Assembly: GCA_963695545.1 (NCBI GenBank)
Contig: OY968796.1
Span: 736,001-800,000, forward strand
DNA length: 64,000 bases
DNA from: Terriglobia bacterium
Lineage (GTDB): Bacteria > Acidobacteriota > Terriglobia > Acidiferrales > UBA7541
Reading direction: 5' to 3'
This document shows, in pieces, positions 38,776 to 49,600 of this stretch. The first letter of the stretch is position 1, and every line of letters starts with the position of its first letter. The notes under the pieces are model-generated. The model was not told the origin of the DNA and did not search any database. It saw only the letters and a program-made list of their open reading frames with translations. A program made the translations under genes and the position numbers.

Positions 38776-40001
38776 AGTTCGCCTGGTTTGTCGCGCGCCG
38801 CTATCTCCGATCGCCGCACCGTCCGGCCGTGCTGCGCTTGGTTACTTGGCTTGCGACGCTCGGGGTGGCAGCCGGCGTCGGCACGCTGGTCGTGGCGCTG
38901 GCGATGAACAGCGGTTTCCGGCACACGTTTCAAGATCGGTTGCTTGGCGTCACCGCGCACGTCAATCTTTCGCGACCCGATTCCGAAGGAATCGAGGACT
39001 ACCGCGCGCGCGCCGCGCGCCTGAGCCACACGCCCGGCGTGCGTTCCGTCGCGCCCGCGATGTATCAGACGGTGCTGCTGGTTGCGCCGGGCGGGCGTCC
39101 CCGCGGCGTCGTGATCAAGGGGGTTGACCCGGAAATCGAGCGCGCCACGGACGACGCCATGCGCCATTTGACTTCCGGTAGCGCCGATTTCGCTCGCGAC
39201 GCAAATGGTTTCGACGCGATTCTGATCGGGCAGATGTTAGCAGACGATCTAGGGGTCGAAGCAGGCGACTACGTCACGCTGATCAGCCCCGAAGGAAGCT
39301 TGACTCCGTTCGGCATGATGCCGCGCTCGCGGCGCTTCCGCGTGGCCGGAATTTTCAATTCCGGTTTTTATGACTACGACGCGAATTGGGGATTCGTTAC
39401 GCTGCCCGCGGCGCAAAGTCTGGCCGGTGTGGGCGACGTCGCGAGCGTGCTTGAATTTCGCCTGTTCGATCCGGATCGCTCCGAGCAAGTGGCCGCCGAA
39501 CTCGAAAGCGAGGCCGGACCGGGTTATCTCGCGAGTACCTGGCAGGACGAGAATCGAGCGCTGTTCCGCGCGTTGCATTTTGAAAAACTCGTCACCGCGC
39601 TCTTCATCGGCCTGATCACCTTCGTCGCCGGCCTGAATATTTTGGTGGTGCTCGCGATGACTGTGAGCGATCGTGCGCGCGATATCGCCGTGCTCACCGC
39701 AATGGGCGCGCGGCGCACGCAAGTACGCGACGTTTTCATCCTGCAAGGACTGGCCATCGGCGCATTCGGCACGCTCACGGGCCTCGCCGCCGGATACTTG
39801 TTGGCTTGGGCCGCGGGAACCTACAAGCTGATTCCACTCGATCCGCAGGTCTACTCTGTTCCGTACGTTCCGTTCCAACCGAATGGTCTCGACGCGATCT
39901 GGATTGGCGCGGCCGCCGTTGCGATTTGCCTTGCCGCAACGCTGGTTCCGGCGCGCGCGGCCGTACGCCTGTTGCCGGTTGAAATTCTCCGTTACGAGTA
40001 G
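38772..40001 (+). CDS. lolC: Lipoprotein-releasing ABC permease LolC/E family
   Basis: FVARRYL, GVAAGV..LVV.LA.NSGF, DIAVL.AMGA, FtsX-type C-terminus ending EILRYE; ATGA overlap with lysS. Confidence 0.85.
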   Translation: MKFAWFVARRYLRSPHRPAVLRLVTWLATLGVAAGVGTLVVALAMNSGFRHTFQDRLLGVTAHVNLSRPDSEGIEDYRARAARLSHTPGVRSVAPAMYQTVLLVAPGGRPRGVVIKGVDPEIERATDDAMRHLTSGSADFARDANGFDAILIGQMLADDLGVEAGDYVTLISPEGSLTPFGMMPRSRRFRVAGIFNSGFYDYDANWGFVTLPAAQSLAGVGDVASVLEFRLFDPDRSEQVAAELESEAGPGYLASTWQDENRALFRALHFEKLVTALFIGLITFVAGLNILVVLAMTVSDRARDIAVLTAMGARRTQVRDVFILQGLAIGAFGTLTGLAAGYLLAWAAGTYKLIPLDPQVYSVPYVPFQPNGLDAIWIGAAAVAICLAATLVPARAAVRLLPVEILRYE

Positions 40002-40376
40002 CGGACCCGCCGCGCGCGCATCGCCGAGCCGGGTTTGGCGCGCCATGTGCTACTTCATATCCCGGCCACTGTCTGCGGCTTGAAGTGCGCCACATTAGCG
40101 CCCCTGACAGATGTCCTGATCGTGCTACAATCGCATGTAGGTCAATGGTTTACGGGTGCGGCAGCGGGTGCTCAAAAGTGGCCAAGAAGGTGCCAGGAAA
40201 GCCATTGGCGAAAATGGGAAAGGCTTGGCCAGTGCCTTGCCACTTTATGACAATTGCTGGCGCGTGAGAGGACATAACCGCGGCCTTCGCGGGCATCTAA
40301 ATAAGGTGGGAGCGTCCGCGAAGCACGCAATTAACGAGCGGTTCGCAGCGAGTATTTGCTCGGAGAAATTGACTCG

Positions 40377-41171
40377 ATGATGCCTAGCTCGGCAGCCACG
40401 ACTTCGCACGACAGATCGGTAGAATCGAGCCACGCGCGGCACATCGAGCGCGGCGCGCGCGCGGAAATCGTGCTGGAATCGCGCGATTTGCGAAAAATCT
40501 ACGGTGATGGCCCAACCAAAATCACGGTGCTCGACGGCGTGGACTTTTCGATCGAGCGCGGCGAGATGGTGGCCATCGTCGCGCCGTCCGGCGCCGGAAA
40601 AAGTACGTTTTTGCACCTGCTGGCGGCGCTAGACACGCCAACGAGCGGTACAGTATACTTCGGCGCGAAAGCAATCGACACGCTGAACGAACAGGAGCTT
40701 GCGGATTATCGCAATCGCGCCATCGGTTTTGTTTGGCAACGCCATCACTTGCTGGCGGATTTCACCGCCGCGGAAAACGTTGCCATGCCCCTGTTGATGC
40801 GGGGCCGGGCCACCCGAGAAAGTCTGGCCGAAGCCAGACGGTGGCTCGCGGAAGTGGGTTTAGCGGAACGGGCGGATCATCTGGCCGGTCAGCTTTCCGG
40901 CGGCGAGCAGCAGAGAGCGGCGATCGCCCGAGCGCTCGTGCACGAACCGGCGGTTTTGCTGGCGGATGAACCGACCGGGAATCTCGACGAGCGCAACGCA
41001 AGCGGAGTCTTTGAACAAATGCGCCAGCTATGCCGGGCGCATCGGCTCACATCCGTCCTGGCGACGCACAACTGGAGTCTGGCTCGGCAAGCGGACCGCA
41101 TGCTGCAGCTGGAAAACGGGGTGCTTCGCCCGGTTTCAGAAACCTCTAACGGCCCTGGGAATGCTGTCTGA
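40377..41171 (+). CDS. lolD: Lipoprotein-releasing ABC ATPase LolD
   Basis: [43 protein letters not shown]. Confidence 0.87.
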   Translation: MMPSSAATTSHDRSVESSHARHIERGARAEIVLESRDLRKIYGDGPTKITVLDGVDFSIERGEMVAIVAPSGAGKSTFLHLLAALDTPTSGTVYFGAKAIDTLNEQELADYRNRAIGFVWQRHHLLADFTAAENVAMPLLMRGRATRESLAEARRWLAEVGLAERADHLAGQLSGGEQQRAAIARALVHEPAVLLADEPTGNLDERNASGVFEQMRQLCRAHRLTSVLATHNWSLARQADRMLQLENGVLRPVSETSNGPGNAV

Positions 41172-41191
41172 GGGGAGAAAAGAGCGGAAAC

Positions 41192-43618
41192 GTGTTTGAA
41201 CGCTACACAGAAAAAGCGCGACGCGTGATCTTCTTCGCGAGGTACGAGGCCAGCCAGTACGGCAGCCCGTACATCGAGACGGAGCACTTGCTGCTCGGCC
41301 TGATGCGTGAGGACAAAGCGCTCGCCAATCGTTTTCTGCGCGCGCACGGTTCGATCGAATCCATTCGCAAGGAGATCGAATCGCGCATCACCATTCGCGA
41401 ACGCATCTCCACTTCGGTCGAAGTCCCGCTGAGTCAGGAATCGAAGCGCATTCTGAATTACGCCACTGAAGAAGCCGAACGCCTGGGGCACAAGCACGTC
41501 GGCACCGAGCATCTTCTGCTCGGCATCCTGCGCGAAGAGAAATGCTTCGGCGCGGAAATCCTTCAGGAGCGCGGACTGCGCCTTTCCGCGCTGCGCGAGG
41601 AGATGGCGCGTTCCGCGGGAGAAAAAACGCCGGCGAATCGCCCGAAGGAAACTTCGCTGTTGGCGGAATTCAGTCGCGATCTCACGCAATCCGCTCTCGA
41701 AGGCCAGCTAGATCCGCTGGTGGGCCGCGAGCGCGAAGTCGAGCGCGTGATCCAAATCCTCTGCCGCCGCACGAAAAACAATCCTGTGCTGATTGGCGAA
41801 CCGGGCGTCGGCAAGACGGCTATCGTCGAGGGCCTGGCGCAGCGCATATCCGATGGCGATGTTCCGCCGTTCCTCGCCGACAAGCGTATTCTGTCGCTCG
41901 ATCTTTCTCTGATTGTTGCCGGCACGAAGTATCGCGGCCAATTTGAGGAGCGCCTGAAAACCATCATGAAAGAGTTGATGGAGAATCAGAACGCCATCCT
42001 CTTCATCGACGAATTGCACACGTTGGTTGGCGCGGGTTCTGCCGAAGGCTCGCTCGACGCCGCAAATATTCTGAAGCCGGCGCTTTCGCGCGGCGAAATT
42101 CAGTGCATCGGCGCGACGACGCCCGGCGAATATCGCAAGTCGGTTGAAAAGGACCGCTCGCTCGAGCGCCGCTTCCAATCCGTGAAAGTCGCAAGCCCAA
42201 GTGAAGATGAGTCGATTCACGTGTTGGAAGGCGTGCGCGAACGCTACGAAAAATTCCACGCCGTCACCTACACCGAAGAAGCCATTCGCTACGCCGTTTA
42301 TCTCTCGAGCCGCTACATCCCGGACCGCTTCCTGCCCGATAAGGCCGTGGATCTGATCGATGAAGCCGGCGCGCGCGTGAAACTGCGCCAGGCCACGCTG
42401 CCGGATGAAGTCGCCGAGGTGCAGAAGCGCGTGAAATTCATCACGCACCGCATGGAAACGGCCATCGCGAATCACGAATTTGAAAAAGCGCGCTTCTATT
42501 CCGAGGAAGAGCGCAAGGAAAAGGAAAATCTGCGCCAGGTGCGCGAGCGGCTGAAGCTCGATGAATCGACAGCCGGCGTGGTCACGCGCGAAGACATCGA
42601 AGAAGTTGTCGCCCGCTGGACCGGAATCACAGTCACCTCGATCAAGGAAGACGAGCAACAGAAACTGCTGCGCATCGAAGTCGAGTTGCACAAGCGCATC
42701 ATCAGCCAGGCGCGGGCCATCACAGCTCTTGCGCGCGCGATTCGCCGCAGCCGCGCCGGTCTAAAGGCGCCGGGGCGTCCTGTGGGCTGCTTCCTGTTCC
42801 TCGGCCCCACCGGCGTTGGCAAAACGGAAGTGGCGCGGCGCTTGGCTGAATTCCTCTTCGGCAGCGAAAAATCGCTGATCCGCTTCGATATGTCCGAGTA
42901 CATGGAAAAGCACTCGGTCTCGAAACTGATCGGCGCGCCTCCCGGCTACGTGGGCTACGAAGAAGGCGGCCAATTGACCGAGCGCGTGCGCCGCACGCCT
43001 TACGCGGTGATCCTACTCGACGAAATCGAGAAGGCTCACTCGGACGTCTACAACATCCTGCTGCAGGTCTTCGAAGACGGCCAATTGACCGACGGTCTCG
43101 GCAACACCGTGGATTTCCGCAACACCATCGTGATCATGACCTCGAACCTCGGCGCGCGCCACTTGCAGAAGCGCCAGACCATGGGCTTCCAATCCGGCGC
43201 CGACGAAGCCGGCGACAAGAGCATGGAAGACATGGTTCTCTCCGAGGTCAAACGCGTCTTCAATCCGGAATTTTTGAACCGGCTCGACGAAGTGATTCTG
43301 TTCAGCCCGCTGACCGATGAAGATCTGCTGCGCATCATCTATCTGCTGGTCGGCCAGATCAACGACACTTTGATCCATCGCCAGGTGCAAATCGTCCTGA
43401 CGCCGGAAGCAAGTCAGTGGATTCTCGAGAAGACCTGCGGCGATCGCACCTACGGAGCTCGTCCACTCCGGCGCGCGCTGCAGAAGTACGTCGAAGACCC
43501 GCTGTCGGAAGCGCTCATTCAGGGGGGCCTGCAACGTCCAGCGACGCTCGAAGTTTTTGTCGCTGGCGAAGAGCTTGGTTTCCGACCGGTAGTCGAAGCA
43601 ACCCCGGTTACCCACTGA
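41192..43618 (+). CDS. clpC: ATP-dependent Clp protease ATPase subunit, ClpC type
   Basis: MFERYT N-domain, GEPGVGKT and [11 protein letters not shown]-like middle domain (HEFEKA), MGF ClpP-docking loop. Confidence 0.9.
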   Translation: MFERYTEKARRVIFFARYEASQYGSPYIETEHLLLGLMREDKALANRFLRAHGSIESIRKEIESRITIRERISTSVEVPLSQESKRILNYATEEAERLGHKHVGTEHLLLGILREEKCFGAEILQERGLRLSALREEMARSAGEKTPANRPKETSLLAEFSRDLTQSALEGQLDPLVGREREVERVIQILCRRTKNNPVLIGEPGVGKTAIVEGLAQRISDGDVPPFLADKRILSLDLSLIVAGTKYRGQFEERLKTIMKELMENQNAILFIDELHTLVGAGSAEGSLDAANILKPALSRGEIQCIGATTPGEYRKSVEKDRSLERRFQSVKVASPSEDESIHVLEGVRERYEKFHAVTYTEEAIRYAVYLSSRYIPDRFLPDKAVDLIDEAGARVKLRQATLPDEVAEVQKRVKFITHRMETAIANHEFEKARFYSEEERKEKENLRQVRERLKLDESTAGVVTREDIEEVVARWTGITVTSIKEDEQQKLLRIEVELHKRIISQARAITALARAIRRSRAGLKAPGRPVGCFLFLGPTGVGKTEVARRLAEFLFGSEKSLIRFDMSEYMEKHSVSKLIGAPPGYVGYEEGGQLTERVRRTPYAVILLDEIEKAHSDVYNILLQVFEDGQLTDGLGNTVDFRNTIVIMTSNLGARHLQKRQTMGFQSGADEAGDKSMEDMVLSEVKRVFNPEFLNRLDEVILFSPLTDEDLLRIIYLLVGQINDTLIHRQVQIVLTPEASQWILEKTCGDRTYGARPLRRALQKYVEDPLSEALIQGGLQRPATLEVFVAGEELGFRPVVEATPVTH

Positions 43619-43696
43619 CGAATCCTAAGCGGGCAGGCCGGACCTACCACTGAACCGGCCGGGGAGCAGGATAATCTTGTTCTGGGGGAAGCGGCC

Positions 43697-46588
43697 TTGA
43701 CCGCACCTGCGGCCGCGCTTAAACACTTTTGTCTGTCGGCTCTGTTTTGGGGGCTGTGCGTGTGCCTATTCGGCGCCGCCAGCGCCCGGGCATTCCCCAC
43801 GCCCCAGACCACGCTCGACCAAGAATCCGCGCCGGAAGTGCCGGCTGGTCAACCGTACGTCTTGCGAATCGAATTCGATGGCAATCATCGCATGCGCACA
43901 GAGACGCTCAAGGCGCGCATCTTCACGCGCGAAGGTGATCCCTATAAACCTGAAGCGCTGCGCCGCGATTTCCAGGCACTGTGGAACACCGGCTACTTCG
44001 AGGACATCAAGCTCACCGTGCAGGATAGCCCCGACCATCCGGAAGGCAAGATCGTCATCTTCACCGTAACCGAGCGCCCCATCATCCGGCGCATCGAATA
44101 CAAGGGCTTAAAGTCGGTCACCGAATCCGACGTCCTCGATGCCTTCAAAGACCGCAAAGTCGGGCTGTCGGTCGAAAGCCAATTCGATCCCACCAAAATT
44201 AAGAAGGCCCAAGTCGTGATTCAGGAATTGCTGGCCGCGCACGGGCACCAGTTCGCCGTGGTCAAACCGACCTACACGCGCATCGCCGCGTCGAACGCCG
44301 TCACGCTCACGTTCAATGTCGACGAAGGACCGAAGGTCAAGATCGGCCTGATCACGTTTTCGGGAAATCACGCCTTTTCGGACGCGAGATTGCTCCGCAC
44401 CATGAAACATGACCGGCCCTACGGCATCCCGCTCGAATTCTGGTATATCCCGGTAATGCACAAGACGTTCGATCGCTCCGCTCTCGATGAAGATCTCGAA
44501 GTCGGCCTGCGCGATTTCTACCAAGCGAACGGCTATTACAAAGTCGAGATCCCGGACCCAGTCGTCACCACCGTGGACATCAATAAATCCGGCATACCCG
44601 GGCCCTGGCCCGTCGTGGGACGCAAGCACGGCAAGGCCACCAACATCGCGATCACCATCGAAGAGGGCGACCGCTATCGCATGGGCAAGCTTTACATTCG
44701 CAGTTCGGATCCGGAAAAGGGGCTCTCCCTCAAACGCGAGGCTTTGGAGAAAGCTTTTCCACTGCATAAGGGCGACATCTTCAGCGTCGCCAAGGTCCGC
44801 AAAGCGATTGAGGATTACGGCAAGCTCTACGGTCAGTTCGGCTTCATCGATTTCACTGCCGTGCCGGAAAGCGACGTCAACGACGCCAGCAAAACGATCG
44901 ACCTCACTCTGGATTTCGACGAAGGCAAGCAATTCTATGTGCGTCGCATCGAGTTCTCCGGCAACACCACCACGCGCGATAAAGTCATTCGCCGCGAACT
45001 GCTGATCAACGAAGGCGACCTGTTCAACAACCACCTTTGGGAGCTGAGCCTCCTGCGCCTAAATCAGCTGGGTTACTTCGACGCGATCAAGCCCGAGAAC
45101 GCCGAGATCAAGCGCGACACCAAGAACGGCACGGTCGACATCCTGCTGAAGCTGAAGGAAAAAGGCAAACAATCCATCAGCTTGACCGGCGGCGTCAGCG
45201 GCATCGAAGGCGAATTCCTCGGACTGACGTATCAGACCAATAATTTCCTGGGCCTCGGTGAGACTCTGACGTTCACCACACAGTTCGGCTCGATTCAGCG
45301 CGAATTCCGCTTCGGCTTTACCGAGCCCTATCTGTTCGAGAAGCCCATTACCACCGGTTTCACCATCTTTGACAGCCGGTACAACTTCGATGAAGCGCGC
45401 GAGACCTCGCTGCTCTATGGAGAAAAGATAACCCTCAGCCCCGACATCGCTCAGAATTACAATCAAGACAGCAAGGGGTTCACCGGGTTCGTCAGTTATC
45501 CGCTCAAGAAACTCTCGCTGTTCGCGCGGCTCGGCCTGACGTACGGGTACACCGACACGGACATCCAAGCGTTTAGCACCGCGTCCCAATTGCTTTTCGA
45601 GGCGCTGCAATTCCAAGCCATTGCCGGCCCATCGGCGTTGGAAGGAATTCACCAAAGCAGAATCTCGCCCACGCTAACGTACTCGCGCTTGCAGGGTTCA
45701 CAACTGAATCCCACCGGCGGCAAAACGTTTTTCTTGTCCGTGGGCTACGACGGTGGACCTTTGCTCCGTGGCAACGTGAACGAAATCTCCACAACGTTCA
45801 ACATGACCTACTTCCACCCGATCAATCACCACCGCAATGTGCTCGCGGCGCGCTTCCTCGCGTCGTTCGCGTCCGGATACGGCGGGCGCGAGGTGACGCC
45901 GTTCGATCGCTACTATCTGGGCGGCGAGGACAATCTGCGCGGCTTCGACGTGCGCACGGTCTCGCCCGTAGTGTTTATTCCGACGGTGACCAGCGAGTCA
46001 TTCACATTCTACGATCCGACTTTGCTTAACAGCGGCGGCTCGCCGATCCAGCGCACCATCACGATTCCGGCTCTGATCTATCAGACGGCCTTCCCTGGCG
46101 GCGACACCGAGGCCGTCACCAACCTCGAATATCGGATTCCGATTGCTGGTCCGGTCTGGATGGCGGTGTTCACCGACCTGGGCGCCACCGGCGTCCTGAT
46201 CCCATCGCAATTGGAGTTGGCGCAGAGCGGAGTCACAGAAGACAATGCGGAATTTCCGGGGTCCGTCACGAACCCGAGGCTGGACGTTCTAGCGGGAACG
46301 AATTTCAAGCTGCGGGCTTCGTCCGGCATCGAGTTCGTCGCCAATTTGCCGATCATCAATGCGCCGGTGCGGCTCTACTGGTCGTACAACTGGGAACGCA
46401 TGGATAAAACGCTCACCGCGCCGCCGGACCAGTTTGGCATCAACGATAATATTTTGTCGTCGCTGCCGCCCGGCGTATATCAGACCCAGATTCTTCCTCA
46501 AATCAATAATTTGATAGCCAATCCGCAGATCACCCAATTTTTCGATCCGGTAAAAGTCATACGGCTGACGGTCAGCCGCACGTTCTAA
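43697..46588 (+). CDS. bamA: Outer membrane protein assembly factor BamA
   Basis: POTRA repeats (LWNTGYFED, IEFSGNTTTRDKVIRRE, LNQLGYF), NFLGLGE, YYLGGEDNLRGF, C-terminal Phe. Confidence 0.93.
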   Translation: MTAPAAALKHFCLSALFWGLCVCLFGAASARAFPTPQTTLDQESAPEVPAGQPYVLRIEFDGNHRMRTETLKARIFTREGDPYKPEALRRDFQALWNTGYFEDIKLTVQDSPDHPEGKIVIFTVTERPIIRRIEYKGLKSVTESDVLDAFKDRKVGLSVESQFDPTKIKKAQVVIQELLAAHGHQFAVVKPTYTRIAASNAVTLTFNVDEGPKVKIGLITFSGNHAFSDARLLRTMKHDRPYGIPLEFWYIPVMHKTFDRSALDEDLEVGLRDFYQANGYYKVEIPDPVVTTVDINKSGIPGPWPVVGRKHGKATNIAITIEEGDRYRMGKLYIRSSDPEKGLSLKREALEKAFPLHKGDIFSVAKVRKAIEDYGKLYGQFGFIDFTAVPESDVNDASKTIDLTLDFDEGKQFYVRRIEFSGNTTTRDKVIRRELLINEGDLFNNHLWELSLLRLNQLGYFDAIKPENAEIKRDTKNGTVDILLKLKEKGKQSISLTGGVSGIEGEFLGLTYQTNNFLGLGETLTFTTQFGSIQREFRFGFTEPYLFEKPITTGFTIFDSRYNFDEARETSLLYGEKITLSPDIAQNYNQDSKGFTGFVSYPLKKLSLFARLGLTYGYTDTDIQAFSTASQLLFEALQFQAIAGPSALEGIHQSRISPTLTYSRLQGSQLNPTGGKTFFLSVGYDGGPLLRGNVNEISTTFNMTYFHPINHHRNVLAARFLASFASGYGGREVTPFDRYYLGGEDNLRGFDVRTVSPVVFIPTVTSESFTFYDPTLLNSGGSPIQRTITIPALIYQTAFPGGDTEAVTNLEYRIPIAGPVWMAVFTDLGATGVLIPSQLELAQSGVTEDNAEFPGSVTNPRLDVLAGTNFKLRASSGIEFVANLPIINAPVRLYWSYNWERMDKTLTAPPDQFGINDNILSSLPPGVYQTQILPQINNLIANPQITQFFDPVKVIRLTVSRTF

Positions 46589-46677
46589 TGAGCAACGCGC
46601 AACCCATCATGCGGACACACGATACGGCGGCAAGGGGCGGCATGCGTAGCACGAATACAGTTGGAGGCACGGGAATC

Positions 46678-49600
46678 ATGAGAGCACGCAAATTCTGGCT
46701 CGCGCTGGGCCTGCTGTGCGCGGCGATCACTCTGGGATGCAGCAGCAGCCCCTCGAATATCGTAATCACGCTGAGCGAGACGGCCGTCGTGGTGGACCTC
46801 AACACTCAGCAGGCGTTCACCGCCACTGTGAGCGGTACGACGAACACTGCGGTCACCTGGGAAGTCACCGGCGCAACCGGCGCAGCCGTGGCCGGCGGAA
46901 ACACCACCATCGGCACGATCGACACGAATGGCACGTATACCGCACCCGCCGTCCTGCCGTGCGTCCCTACGCCGACGGCCGCTTGTATGGTGACGGTCAC
47001 CGCGGTTTCGTCCGCAAACACCTCCATCACGGCCTCCGCGACGGTCACGCTTAGTTCCGGTATCACCCTAACTGTATCGCCGGCGAGCGCCACCATCGGC
47101 ACGCAGGAGTCTTACCCCTTCACTTCCACCGTCGCCGGTACAACCAACACGGCGGTCACTTGGTGCGTCGACTACACGCCGTCGGGCGGATCTCTGGAAT
47201 GCACCACCAGCAACCCCAACGGCACGATCGGCGCGAGTACCGGAACGTTTACGGCTCCCGAGTTCGCGCCCACCGCCGCTGTCACCCTTGTGGCGACTTC
47301 GGTTCAGGACCCTTCGGTGACTGCCGACGCGACCGTCACCGTCATCACCGCGGTAGACCCCACCGTGAGCGCCGTCAGTCCGACTACCGCGCCTCAGGGA
47401 TCGACGTTCGAGGACGTCTATCTCACGGGCACGAATTTTATTTCCACGACCTCCGTGCTCGTGAATGGCACGCCTTTGCCGGCGTTCAATAACGGCGTCG
47501 ACAGCGTCAGCCTGCCCAATCCGACGTTCGCAGGTCTCGGCTCGACCAATGCGATAGGCGGTGAAACAACCACTTTGCGCGCCCGCATTCCGGATTTCAT
47601 GCTCACGACCCCGCCAACGCCGCCAAACACCACAAGCACGCTCACGATTACCGTCGAGAGGCAGGGCGGTACGCCCCAGTCCTGCGCTTCCCCCGCGCTG
47701 TGCCAGATTGCGCTCACTCCGGTTCGCCCCGCCATCGCGGGGCCGAGTCCAGATAGCGTGCTGCAGGGTTCGGCCGGATCCGTCAACTTCAATGTTGACG
47801 GCGGCTATTTCGGAACGAATTCCAGCCCCGTCGTTACCGGAAAATTCAATGGCAGCGCGCGCACCACGGTCGTCAATTCATCTCTGAATCCCGTCAATAG
47901 CGGTCGCCAGCTAAGCGTTGTCGTCGGCGGCGGCCTGAACGCTGGCGATCTCACCACGCCCGGCTTGTACCCCGTGACCATCCAAAACAACGCCGAGCCA
48001 CAGCAAGTGGCCACCGCGAATCTCGCCGTTCGCCCAGCGTATAGTCCGCCGGCTTCGGTAATCTCTACGATCACGAATACCGTGGCATCGTTGCCGGGCA
48101 CGAAGCCCTCGGCCGTCGCGATTGACACGTCAACCGCGCTGGCCGTCGTGGTCAATTCCGGCTCGAACGACGTAACATTGCTCGACTTGTCTTCCGGTAC
48201 GCCCGTCGTTGTCGTAGCCTCGCTCTGCACGGGAGCCGTATCGCCCGCGCCGACGCCGTGCCCGGTATCCGGACCGACCGGCGTCGCCGTCGACAACATC
48301 CGTCACATCGCACTCGTCGCGAATGACACAGCAAATCCTCCGACCATCGCGGTCATCAACCTCACCACGCGTCAAGTGACCTCTCTGATCAACACAAGCG
48401 AAATCATTACCGGTAACAACACGACCGCGAGCCCCTTCTCCGTCGGCATCAATCCCACCACCGGGCACGCCATCGTGGCATTCAAATCCACGAACATCGC
48501 CGCGCTGATTGACCTGACGCAGAATCCGCCGGTGATCAGCGGCGTGGTTACTGCCAGCACCGGCGCAAGCCCGGAGATTGCCGTCGATGCCGAACTCGAT
48601 TGGGCCGCGATCACGCCGGGCGGTTTGGGCGCGATGACGCTCGTCAATTTGGGCCGCCAGAATTCCGAACCGATCGCCGCCGCCAGCGCGGCCACCCCGG
48701 GTGCCGTGCGGTCCGCGGGCACCGTGACGATCACCACCACGTCAACCCAGTACTTGCAGCCCAATCAATCCGTGCTGATCCAAGGCGTTGCCGACCCGAG
48801 TTTCGACGGAACCTACACGGTCCTGTCGGTGACCTCAAACACGAGCTTTACCTATTCACAGAGCGACACGACGAACTCCACCAGTGGCGGTGGCTCGATC
48901 ACCTATGCGAGTCCCGTGGCCACGCTCGCGGTGGCATTGACCGTCCAGGGCATATCATTCAATCCCGAAACGCACACGGCCATCCTTACCGATCCGTCGC
49001 CGATCGATACGTCCGAGGCCGCTCTGATCTACAGCGAATTCAACCAGGCCTCGACGCCGATCTCTCTTCAGGCCGGATACGTCGCCGCGGCCTTCAATCA
49101 GCTCACCAACACCGGAGTGATCATCAACACGATGCTGAATCAGGCTCTGGTGATCGACCCAACCCAACCGGCCGCGATTCAGGAGCTCACTACCAACCTC
49201 AACGCGCCGGTCGCGATCGCGTGCGATCCGATAACCAACCAATTCCTGATCATCAATCAAGGCAGCAATACGGTCGCGGACTATTCGCTGGGCACGGTCC
49301 GCCCGCTACAGATCACGGAAGTAAGTCCGCTCGTCTACAATTTGACTTCGTCGCTGACCACGCCGGCTGTGCCGGCGCCGCAGACCTTGACGATCGTCGG
49401 AGGTGGATTTAGTTCTTCTTCGGTGGCACGTTTGGATGGCGTCCCGCTGCCCACCACGTTCACCTCGAGCCGCTCGTTGCAGGTGAGCGTCCCCGCCGCC
49501 ATGCTTTCGAGTCCGCGCCGCTTCGCGCTCGACGTGCTCAATCCGGGCCCCGCAGTTTCCAACGGCGAGGAGTTCATCGTCACCCAGACCGTGGATCTCA

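Noticed and set aside
40190..40245. Resemblance to a c-di-GMP-I riboswitch (GGAAAGCCATT...AATGGG)
   Set aside because: Lacks the GACGCAAAGC junction and the tetraloop-receptor P3 stem.
40035..40380. Short ORFs in the lolC-lolD gap
   Set aside because: No SD, atypical composition, and they overlap promoter-like elements.
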